DNA of 61,298 nt. Origin: a virus (taxonomy: Duplodnaviria > Caudoviricetes). The position numbers and the translations under genes were made by a program. The stretch spans positions 1-61,298 of IMG/VR virus record IMGVR_UViG_3300047408_000236; one strand, 5' to 3'. Below the pieces are notes generated by a model, which was not told the DNA's origin, did no database searches, and was given only the letters and a program-made list of their open reading frames with translations. Below are positions 53,896 through 61,298 of this stretch, one piece after another (within the stretch, counting starts at the first letter, position 1; each line of letters starts with the position of its first letter).

Positions 53896-54189
53896 ATGAA
53901 CCGCACCGCCACCCGCACCGACAAGGTACGCGCCGCACTTCAGCAAAGCGGCCAGTGGCTCAAGGTCCGCGACCAGAACGGACGCGCCCTCGCTTACGGC
54001 GTGCCATCCGCGACCACCCCGCTGCTCTACCACTTCGCCAACTCGACTCAGTGCACGTGCCCCGCTGGCCAGCACGGCCAGCGCTGCTGGCATACCGCTG
54101 CTGTTGGCTTGCACGTCGCGGCCGTTCGCACCCAGCAGCGCACGGCGACTCTGGCTGCTGACTATGATCGGATCTTCGGCAAGCTGTGA
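53896..54189 (+). CDS. SWIM zinc-finger protein
   Basis: CTCP........CWH..AV. Confidence 0.75.
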   Translation: MNRTATRTDKVRAALQQSGQWLKVRDQNGRALAYGVPSATTPLLYHFANSTQCTCPAGQHGQRCWHTAAVGLHVAAVRTQQRTATLAADYDRIFGKL

Positions 54190-54196
54190 TTGCCGA

Positions 54197-54226
54197 TTGC
54201 ACTATTCTGAACACCATGCCTAGAAT
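54197..54226 (+). promoter_or_regulatory. Third operator copy overlapping a promoter for the cro-like gene
   Basis: TTGCACTATTCTGAACA; TTGCAC-N18-TAGAAT. Confidence 0.65.
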
Positions 54227-54239
54227 GGTGGACGTGCCG

Positions 54240-54491
54240 ATGAAGACCACTGCCGTGGAAGCCGCAGTCGCGCGTGGCTGGTCGAGAGGCGAGCTGGCGA
54301 AGCGCACCGGCCTGAGCCGCAGCACCATCCACAACCTGGAAACCGGCGAGTACGACACCATCAGCGGCAAAGCCATCAGCGCGATCATGCGCGCTTTCCC
54401 CGACTTGCCGTACGAGCGTCTCTTTGTTGTGACTTCCGATTCCAGTAAAAAGAACGTCTCGTCCAGTCCACAAGAACCCGTAGCCGCATAG
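54240..54491 (+). CDS. Cro-like HTH regulator
   Basis: RGWSRGELAKRTGLSRSTI.NLETG. Confidence 0.8.
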   Translation: MKTTAVEAAVARGWSRGELAKRTGLSRSTIHNLETGEYDTISGKAISAIMRAFPDLPYERLFVVTSDSSKKNVSSSPQEPVAA

Positions 54492-54571
54492 GCCGCGCTC
54501 GCCCGTCGCGCTGACGGGCAACAAGAAGCCACCCGCGTCAACGAGTGGCCTAGTCCCGAAAGGCACCTGAG

Positions 54572-54808
54572 ATGCCGAACGAAACCACCGCCATTCTAGA
54601 CCAGCCGCTGATGACGCCAGAGATTCAGCGTGCCAAGCAGCGCGATCAAGACATCGAACTGCTCAAGGCCGTCCGTCAGGCCACGCTGGATATTCGGGCC
54701 CAGTGCCACCGCTACGACACCTCGCTGGCATACGCGTTCGCCGAGCCGTTGCAAAAGGTAGAGGAAGCCCTGGCATGGCTGCTGTTGGCGAGGGAACTCG
54801 GGTCATGA
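54572..54808 (+). CDS. Hypothetical protein
   Basis: RBS AAAGG; coupled to the downstream gene. Confidence 0.5.
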   Translation: MPNETTAILDQPLMTPEIQRAKQRDQDIELLKAVRQATLDIRAQCHRYDTSLAYAFAEPLQKVEEALAWLLLARELGS

Positions 54809-55029
54809 CCGACGCCAACGTCCTGAGCGTGACCGACTTGCAGCACCTGATGTGGTTTCGGCTGCGCATGGAAGCAAAAGAGCACCTCGCCTTGACGCAG
54901 CAAACCGTCACCGGTATGGAAGCGAAACGGCTCGCCTTCGCCAGTTATCTCGTCACCAGCCAACGCCTGACCGAGCACACCATCCGTCAGACCGCCCAAT
55001 CGTCGCAGGGGCCGTGGAGTTTCGCATGA
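54805..55029 (+). CDS. Hypothetical protein
   Basis: ATGA overlaps on both sides. Confidence 0.5.
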   Translation: MTDANVLSVTDLQHLMWFRLRMEAKEHLALTQQTVTGMEAKRLAFASYLVTSQRLTEHTIRQTAQSSQGPWSFA

Positions 55030-55571
55030 CTGATCTGCTCGTGGCGAGCAAGGACTTTATGCGCGCCAGCGACCGGCTCAGCACGCTCTGGCAATTGACC
55101 GAGGATTTCGAAGCGTTGGTAGCGCTGCTCGAGGATCCGGATGCCGATCCCGATGCCATCGATGCCGAGATGCAACGCGTGGCCGGCGACATCAAGACCA
55201 AGGCGTTCGGTGTGGCATCCGTCATCAATGCCCTCGAAGGGCTCGCAGCGTTCCAGAAGATGAACGCTGACCGACTGGCCGTCAAGGCTAAGGCCAACCA
55301 GGCGCACGCTGACCGACTGCGTTCGTACGCCCACGCGTGTATGCGCGCTATCGGTGTGGATCGACTCGAAACCGGGCAGTACACGTTGGCGATCAGGACC
55401 AATCCGCCGAGCGTGGTTGTGCAGGACGCCGCGGCCATACCGAACGAGTTCAACCGGACCAAGATCACGGTCGAACCGGACAAGACAGCGATAAAGGATC
55501 ACTGGAAGCAGACCGGCGAGCTGGTTCCGGGCGTTGACATCGTGCGTACGGAAAGCCTGCGAATTTCATGA
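55026..55571 (+). CDS. Siphovirus Gp157-family protein
   Basis: RL..Y....M...G, I.TNPPSV, IP.EF, PDK.AIK...K.GE.VPG..I.....LRI. Confidence 0.85.
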   Translation: MTDLLVASKDFMRASDRLSTLWQLTEDFEALVALLEDPDADPDAIDAEMQRVAGDIKTKAFGVASVINALEGLAAFQKMNADRLAVKAKANQAHADRLRSYAHACMRAIGVDRLETGQYTLAIRTNPPSVVVQDAAAIPNEFNRTKITVEPDKTAIKDHWKQTGELVPGVDIVRTESLRIS

Positions 55572-56116
55572 TCTGGCTTGCCCTTTATGTCGCGACGATT
55601 TTCGGAGCTAACTGGGCGATCACCACGTTCGGTCTGGTACCAGTTGGCTTCGGACTGATGGCACCAGCAGGCGTGTACTTCGCCGGGCTCGCATTCACTT
55701 TTCGCGATCTGACGCAGGACTCACTTGGCCGACGCTGGACCTTCGTTGCCATCCTACTGGGCGCGGGACTCTCCGGGTTCCTGAGTGGCCCGCTAGCGCT
55801 CGCGTCAGGCATTGCCTTCCTGGTGTCCGAGACATGCGACCTCGTCGTGTACACACCGCTGCGCGAGCGCCATTGGCTATCTGCTGTGGCGTTATCGAAC
55901 ACGGTCGGGCTGGTCGTCGACTCCGCTTTGTTCCTGATGCTCGCGTTCGGCTCGCTCGAGTTCCTCGCCGGGCAAATCGTCGGCAAGTTCGAGATGACCG
56001 TGCTCGCGGTCGTGCTGTTGTGGGGGTGGCGTCGCTTTGCTCTATCTCAGCGGAGTCATCAACCCACTGGTATCGCGCACGGCGCCGCCGTGGGTGGGCT
56101 GGATGTTGAGTCCTAA
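55568..56116 (+). CDS. VUT/YhhQ-family queuosine-precursor transporter
   Basis: AN, PAGV...G..F..RD, ALAS..AF.VSE..D..VY, SN.VG..VDS..F...AFG, GQ..GK. Confidence 0.8.
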   Translation: MIWLALYVATIFGANWAITTFGLVPVGFGLMAPAGVYFAGLAFTFRDLTQDSLGRRWTFVAILLGAGLSGFLSGPLALASGIAFLVSETCDLVVYTPLRERHWLSAVALSNTVGLVVDSALFLMLAFGSLEFLAGQIVGKFEMTVLAVVLLWGWRRFALSQRSHQPTGIAHGAAVGGLDVES

Positions 56117-56636
56117 TATGGGCAACCGCATCCCGCTCGACGGGCGACCGGTTGCACTCGATAACGGGTGCTTCGGCGACCGGTTCTCCCCACGTCGTTG
56201 GCGCCGCTTCCTGCTCAAGCATTGGGCGGACCGCGACCGCGTGCTGTTCGTGGTTGTGCCCGATGTGGTGGGCGACGCTGACGCGACGCTCAAGCGCTGG
56301 CACGAGTACTCGGCTACAGCTCGCCGGTACGAGATGCCGTTGGCTTTCGCAGCACAGGACGGCCTCCGCGTAGATGCTATCGAATGGGACGAGTTCGATT
56401 GTCTGTTCATCGGTGGCAGTGATGCGTGGAAGTGGCCCGATGGTCATCTCACTCGCGACGTGCGCGCGATTGTCGATCAGGCAACACAGCGCGGTAAGTG
56501 GGTCCACGCTGGACGCGTCAACAGTGCCAAGCGCTTCGCGATGTGCTCAGACGCTGGGATCGATAGCGCAGACGGTACGTACCTTCGCCGTGCACCCGAT
56601 GTAAACCTGCCGCGTCTTATTGGATGGGTCGCATGA
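56037..56636 (+). CDS. TGT-fold / DpdA-like deazaguanine transglycosylase (putative)
   Basis: LDNG.F, VVPDVVGD..AT, QDG, LFIGG, VH.GRVNS, DSADGT; directly after the YhhQ-like gene. Confidence 0.6.
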   Translation: MLYLSGVINPLVSRTAPPWVGWMLSPNMGNRIPLDGRPVALDNGCFGDRFSPRRWRRFLLKHWADRDRVLFVVVPDVVGDADATLKRWHEYSATARRYEMPLAFAAQDGLRVDAIEWDEFDCLFIGGSDAWKWPDGHLTRDVRAIVDQATQRGKWVHAGRVNSAKRFAMCSDAGIDSADGTYLRRAPDVNLPRLIGWVA

Positions 56637-57028
56637 CCACCGCACTGACCGGCGCCACCTTGCTCGTGCATCTCATCGTTAGCGGCGAGCCGATCCCCAA
56701 GGCGCGACCTCGCTTAGCCCCAAGGGGCCACACGTACACGCCGCGCCGGACCGTGGAACAGGAAGCCAAGGTGCTGGCCTACCTGAAGGTCCAGTACCCG
56801 CGTCTGGTGCCCGTTGAGGGCGCGCTCAGCGTGTCCACGGATTTCTACCTGAGTACCACGCGCACGGTGGACCTCGACAATTTGCAGAAACTGATCTGGG
56901 ATGCGCTCCAAGGGGTGGTGTTCCGGAACGACTCGCAGATTGTGGAGTCGTACGCGCGCAAGCATCTGAGCGGTATCCCTCGTACCGAGATCAGCGTTCA
57001 CGTGCTCGGCGGGAATGGAGCTGCATGA
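56633..57028 (+). CDS. rusA: RusA-family Holliday junction resolvase
   Basis: P.PKARPR, DLDNLQK...DAL.G....NDSQI. Confidence 0.9.
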   Translation: MTTALTGATLLVHLIVSGEPIPKARPRLAPRGHTYTPRRTVEQEAKVLAYLKVQYPRLVPVEGALSVSTDFYLSTTRTVDLDNLQKLIWDALQGVVFRNDSQIVESYARKHLSGIPRTEISVHVLGGNGAA

Positions 57029-57387
57029 TGGCATTGAGTCGGCGCGAGGTGTGGTGCCTGACGTGTCTGCTCTGCGCTCTGCTCTGCGCCTTCACTTTGA
57101 TCTGGCTCGCCGCGCCGGCGCATGCCGAGGAAGAAGATGTACAGGTCTCGCCGTACTCCGCGCGTGCCGATTGCATCGTGTCGTACGAGTCGCACTGGAA
57201 TGCGTACGCGGTCAACCCGCGCAGTGGCGCCAGTGGACTCGGGCAGTTTCTTCGATCAACGTGGATGACCACACCGTACGCCGGACACTCGGTCTTCGAC
57301 GCATACGCCAATCATGCCGCGGTGTGCTGGATGCTGAGTGTCGGTCGCGCACGGGAGTTCGACGTTGTTCGGCTGGGGTGGTGCTAA
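57025..57387 (+). CDS. Lytic transglycosylase/Rpf-like protein with signal peptide
   Basis: Signal ending AHA; CI...ES.WN..A.NP.SGASGLGQF..STW. Confidence 0.75.
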   Translation: MMALSRREVWCLTCLLCALLCAFTLIWLAAPAHAEEEDVQVSPYSARADCIVSYESHWNAYAVNPRSGASGLGQFLRSTWMTTPYAGHSVFDAYANHAAVCWMLSVGRAREFDVVRLGWC

Positions 57388-57554
57388 TGCCGCTATCCAA
57401 CCACCCGCGCAGTGGGCTGTATCTGGACCCGTGCGCGCCGCATATGCGCGTACGGCTGGGGATGCTGATAGCAGGGCTGGTCAGCCTGGTGTTGTGGTTC
57501 ATCCTGATCTTCGCGGCCGTGGCCGTGTACCGCTACCTGCGAGGCGAAGTCTGA
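57387..57554 (+). CDS. Small membrane protein
   Basis: TAATG coupling; one TM helix. Confidence 0.45.
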   Translation: MPLSNHPRSGLYLDPCAPHMRVRLGMLIAGLVSLVLWFILIFAAVAVYRYLRGEV

Positions 57555-57826
57555 TGGGGAGACGGTGCTCTACATCCGACTGCCATACGCGTGTCGGCCC
57601 GCCGCAGCACTTCTGTTTGCCGTGCCGATTGAGTATGGGCGAACTCCCGAAAATGCGCCTACGTCGGGCAAACCTAGCGGTCTATGCCGGCCAGCACCTA
57701 CTGACGTGCTCGAATGGCCACCCGCATATCGTGGGACTCGCTCAGATCAACGTCATCGCAGGTACACGCTGCCCGTGGTGTCCGGCACTTATCGGGGCTG
57801 CGACGCGGAATGGAGCTGCGGCATGA
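57554..57826 (+). CDS. Cys-rich hypothetical protein
   Basis: TGATG coupling; several Cys/His pairs. Confidence 0.45.
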   Translation: MGRRCSTSDCHTRVGPPQHFCLPCRLSMGELPKMRLRRANLAVYAGQHLLTCSNGHPHIVGLAQINVIAGTRCPWCPALIGAATRNGAAA

Positions 57827-57996
57827 GGGAGTGTGTGGAGTGCGGTCTGAGAAAGCCGCGCAGTGACTTTTATCGGTCCAACACCTTCTGGTATCGGCGC
57901 CGGTGTCGTGAATGCTTGCTGTCACACCGCAGGGAGATGGCCGCGCTCGCCCTGGCTCGATTCTGGGCCGACCAGGAACGACGGGCGGCAGCATGA
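57823..57996 (+). CDS. Small zinc-finger protein
   Basis: CVECG..KP..DFY...CREC. Confidence 0.5.
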   Translation: MRECVECGLRKPRSDFYRSNTFWYRRRCRECLLSHRREMAALALARFWADQERRAAA

Positions 57997-58484
57997 GGCT
58001 CGCGGCTGAGCGCACAACATTGACATGTCGATCGTGCAACCAAAAGAAGCCTGTCGACTTGTTTCCACCAAAGCGCCGACGCTGTCGCGCATGCGCTGCA
58101 CAAGTCACAGCAGAATGGCGCCAGAAGCATCCGGAGCGTCACAAGGCTAACGTCGAACGGTGGCGCGTCAACAACCCGGAGCGACGACTTGAATTGCAAA
58201 GGAGGTGGTTGAAAAGTAATCGAAAGATTGCTACCGAGAATGGTCGACGATGGAAGCAATTGAACCCCGAACGCGCACACGTAATGGAGGTAGCGGCAAC
58301 ACGCGTCCGATCTGCAATCAGGAAGGGAGTACTAAGTCGTCCAGCATGCTGTGAGCAATGCGGTACGACAGGGGCAATTGAAGCCGCCCACTACGACTAC
58401 ACACGACCACTAGACGTCAGATGGTTATGCAGACGTTGCCATCGAGCATGGGATCAAGCAGAACCAAAGACAAGGAGTACATAA
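57993..58484 (+). CDS. Zinc-finger/HNH-like protein
   Basis: CxxC pairs; CE.CG...EAAH.DY.RPLDV.WLC..CH. Confidence 0.65.
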   Translation: MRLAAERTTLTCRSCNQKKPVDLFPPKRRRCRACAAQVTAEWRQKHPERHKANVERWRVNNPERRLELQRRWLKSNRKIATENGRRWKQLNPERAHVMEVAATRVRSAIRKGVLSRPACCEQCGTTGAIEAAHYDYTRPLDVRWLCRRCHRAWDQAEPKTRST

Positions 58485-58485
58485 G

Positions 58486-59043
58486 GTGTTTCAAGCTCCA
58501 GCCAAAGGCACAACGTATGTGGCACCTCTCGAGCCCATCGATCTGGATAGGCGTTACCTATTTAAGTTGATCCACCTCGAAGATCAGGGAGTTAGCAAGT
58601 TCGCCGACCCGGCCAAGAACGAAACCTTCCACAACATTCAGTGGACGTTCCACGTCGCCGACCAGGAAACCAAGGAGGTCGTGTTCAACATCGACAAGGA
58701 TCCGTGGGAGCACATCGAGTACACCACGTCCAAGACCGGCAAGAATCCGAAAAACGGCATGATCGCCAAGGCGCGATTGTGGATCGAAGCGCTGCTCGGC
58801 CACACGGTTGAGGACGAAGAGATCACCGCGGACCTCCCCAGCATGATCCTGAACAAGTACGGCTCCGGGTTCTTCGAGGAGAAGGAAGTCGAAGCCCAGG
58901 ACGGCTCGATGTACACCAAGCTCAAAATCCTGAAGCTGAGCCCGTACCGCGCCGGCGCCAAGGCCGAACCGAAACCCGAACCCAAGCCGGAACCGAAACC
59001 GGTTGCGGCGGCAGCAGCAGGCGATTCCTCGCTCCCTTTCTGA
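58486..59043 (+). CDS. Putative single-stranded DNA-binding protein
   Basis: Strong RBS AAGGAG; KPEP repeat linker and C-terminal DSSLPF tail; upstream of the primase. Confidence 0.55.
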   Translation: MFQAPAKGTTYVAPLEPIDLDRRYLFKLIHLEDQGVSKFADPAKNETFHNIQWTFHVADQETKEVVFNIDKDPWEHIEYTTSKTGKNPKNGMIAKARLWIEALLGHTVEDEEITADLPSMILNKYGSGFFEEKEVEAQDGSMYTKLKILKLSPYRAGAKAEPKPEPKPEPKPVAAAAAGDSSLPF

Positions 59044-59188
59044 CATGTCGCTCATGTGGTGCGTTGGTGGCTTGGGGCTTGACGGTCAACAACAAGCGCT
59101 GCCCATACGACGTGGTCGACGGCCAGATAACCGACGTGTCGCACTTCGCCACATGCCCGCAAGCATCCTCCTGGTCAAAGAGAGGTAA

Positions 59189-61213
59189 GTGAACGTAGTG
59201 GCACCGGCAGAGCTCGCCAGGCGACCCCAGTGGGTGGCTTGGAAACTCGTACCGCGAGCTGGCGAGCCCAAGCCGACCAAGGTGCCGTTCGATGCACATA
59301 CCGGCCGCCACGCCTCGACAACGGACCCAACCACGTGGTCGTCCTTTGAAGAGGCCGCGGCCTTCTGTGCCGCACACGATTGGGCGTCTGGCGTCGGCTA
59401 CGTGCTGTCCGCCGACGACCCGTATACCGGCGTGGATCTCGACGGTTGTCGGGATCCACACTCCGGCCGCATCGAGCCGTGGGCCAAAGCCATCATCCGC
59501 CGGCTCAACTCGTACACCGAGATCAGCCCGTCTGGTACCGGCCTGCGAATCTTCATCCGCGGCGAGTTGCCGCCATACGGCCGACGTAAAGGCCACATCG
59601 AGATCTACTCGCATGCTCGCTTCCTGACCATCACCGGCGATCGCTACCTGGCTGCACCAGACAGCATTCAGGAACGCGCAGTCGAATTGCTCGAATGGCA
59701 CCACGAGGTCTTCGGCGACCCGCCAGGACCGCGCCAGAACGGCCACGCGCGCTCACCCGTCCAGCTCGCGGATGCCGATTTGTTGCTCAAGGCGCGTGAT
59801 GCTGCGAACGGACAGAAGTTCTGGGCGCTATGGAACGGCGACTACTCAGCCTACAACTCGCCGTCGGAGGCCGACGAAGCACTCGTTAGCCTCCTCGCCT
59901 TCTGGTGCGGGCCTGACCCGGGCAGAATCGATCAACTCTTCCGATCGAGCGGACTCATGCGCGACAAGTGGGATCGGCAGGACTATCGCGATCGCACTAT
60001 CAACACGGTACTCGACGGCAAGACCGAGTACTACCGCGGCAAAAGCGCTAGCCCAGCGCTCGTCGTGCCAGAGCATATCGACCCTGTGACCGGCGAGGTC
60101 ATCTACGAACGGCGATTCCGATTCCTGACCGCGGACGAGCTCAAACACCGCCCCGATCCCGAATTCATCATCGACCATATCCTGCAGAAAAATACTCTTG
60201 CATTGATCGTCGGCGCCCAGGAATCGTACAAAACCTTTCTCGGTCTAGACATGGCCATGGCCGTCTCTGACGGCGGTGAATGGCAGGATCGGCCCGTTCA
60301 GCAGGGTACCGTCGCGTACATCAGTGCCGAGGGCGGCTCGGGTATCAAACTGCGTATCGAAGCATGGGAAACCGAGCACGAGCAACGCGTCGACCATTGC
60401 TACTTCCTGGCCGACCAGGCACCGCAATTCCTCGACCGCGGCAAGGGTGGCGACGTCGAAGAACTGCTGCTATCGCTCGGCGATCTACCAGCTACACCAA
60501 CGCTCATCTTCGTCGACACACTGGCTCGAACCATGGTCGGCGGTGACGAGAACTCGGCTCAGGATATGGGCCTGTTCATTGCATCGGCCGAGCAGATCAG
60601 ACAGGCTACCGGCGCTACCGTGGTGATGATCCACCACAACAACAAGGAGGGCTCAGCTCGCGGTAGCACCGCGCTCCTGGGCGCCGTCCATACCATCATC
60701 GAATGTTCGCGCGAACAGGGCCGAGATAACGTCATCGTAAAATGCGGCAAACAGAAGGATACCGACCATTTTGACACGATGCTGCTCTCGAGCAGTGTCA
60801 TCCAATTGGAAGGCGAAGAACGAGCCTCGCTCGTTCTTCGCATGCGCCAACGCGCTAACCTGCTGTTCAATCCGATCAGTAACCAGGCGATCCTGGCATT
60901 GGACACACTGGCAGAACTTGATAACCCTGCCTTCGCCGAATGGCGGGATGCCACAAATATCTCTAAGTCGGGATTCCAGCGGGCAAGAGTCGACCTTCTA
61001 AAAGGAGGGTACGTGGACCATAACGCCGACCGATATAGCGTTTCTTCTCTAGGACATACGTTCAGGTCCAACAGGGTCCAGACAGGGTCCATGGACCCTA
61101 TGGACCTTAGGGTCCAAAAAGGCCCCGTAAGGGAGGGGCCTTTGGACCCAGCCATCCCCGATGGACCCACCCCTTCAGGGTCCAACCCAGATTTGGACCC
61201 ATTGCCGTGGTAG
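59189..61213 (+). CDS. PrimPol (NrS-1-like) primase-polymerase fused to an AAA/RepA-type helicase
   Basis: QWV.W, K.P, STTDP.TW, GVDLD.C, YTEISPSG.G; SEAD/SGL.R.KW domain; G...SYKTF, YI.AEG, IFVDTL, DENS, IHH..K...RGS. Confidence 0.88.
   Translation: MNVVAPAELARRPQWVAWKLVPRAGEPKPTKVPFDAHTGRHASTTDPTTWSSFEEAAAFCAAHDWASGVGYVLSADDPYTGVDLDGCRDPHSGRIEPWAKAIIRRLNSYTEISPSGTGLRIFIRGELPPYGRRKGHIEIYSHARFLTITGDRYLAAPDSIQERAVELLEWHHEVFGDPPGPRQNGHARSPVQLADADLLLKARDAANGQKFWALWNGDYSAYNSPSEADEALVSLLAFWCGPDPGRIDQLFRSSGLMRDKWDRQDYRDRTINTVLDGKTEYYRGKSASPALVVPEHIDPVTGEVIYERRFRFLTADELKHRPDPEFIIDHILQKNTLALIVGAQESYKTFLGLDMAMAVSDGGEWQDRPVQQGTVAYISAEGGSGIKLRIEAWETEHEQRVDHCYFLADQAPQFLDRGKGGDVEELLLSLGDLPATPTLIFVDTLARTMVGGDENSAQDMGLFIASAEQIRQATGATVVMIHHNNKEGSARGSTALLGAVHTIIECSREQGRDNVIVKCGKQKDTDHFDTMLLSSSVIQLEGEERASLVLRMRQRANLLFNPISNQAILALDTLAELDNPAFAEWRDATNISKSGFQRARVDLLKGGYVDHNADRYSVSSLGHTFRSNRVQTGSMDPMDLRVQKGPVREGPLDPAIPDGPTPSGSNPDLDPLPW
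61064..61200. repeat. Cluster of ten GGTCCA/TGGACC repeats in both orientations (candidate replication origin)
   Basis: 5 copies of (A)G(G)GTCCA and 5 of TGGACC(C) within 137 bp at the 3' end of the replicase gene. Confidence 0.7.
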
Positions 61214-61298
61214 ACGCTCCCTACCTGCCGTCCCACCTCAGCCCGTCGCAGCTCTCGTGTTATGCCATGTGCCCAGCCATCTATCACGAGCGATATGT
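61172..61298. repeat. Terminal direct repeat (identical to 1-127)
   Basis: Exact match to the window start. Confidence 0.95.

Noticed and set aside
58960-59010. KPEP/PEPE short tandem repeats (also near 16310-16345)
   Set aside because: Ordinary low-complexity protein linkers.

Overview
This looks like a complete, circularly assembled genome of a temperate siphovirus-type tailed phage: 61,171 bp unique, with bases 1-127 repeated at 61172-61298. It is GC-rich and the host is probably monoderm (Chloroflexota or Actinomycetota is my inference only). The standard modules are terminase, portal, HK97-type protease and capsid, head-tail and tail genes, tape measure, lysis genes, a repressor/Cro switch, a tyrosine recombinase and a PrimPol-helicase. 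Six things are unusual. (1) Six ~32-bp lox/dif-like palindromic sites (13-6-13; consensus TTGTCAGAYCTAA-N6-TTAGRTCTGACAA) sit exactly at the boundaries of small co-oriented genes, and the array ends 3 bp from the stop codon of a Xer-like recombinase. This is a candidate integron- or pdif-like cassette system in a phage. (2) A minus-strand operon resembles a minimal conjugative type IV secretion system (VirB6-, NlpC/P60-, pilin-, PrgI/VirB3-, VirB4- and VirD4-like genes, the last fused to an HNH nuclease). (3) About 16 sugar-nucleotide and glycan genes, including a near-complete NDP-heptose pathway, are interleaved with the head genes, suggesting virion glycosylation. (4) A slippery heptamer plus H-type pseudoknot would build the endolysin by -1 frameshift. 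(5) A 901-aa protein is built from RARDY repeats. (6) A YhhQ + DpdA-like gene pair suggests 7-deazaguanine DNA modification. All product calls come from motifs and synteny read by eye, without database searches.
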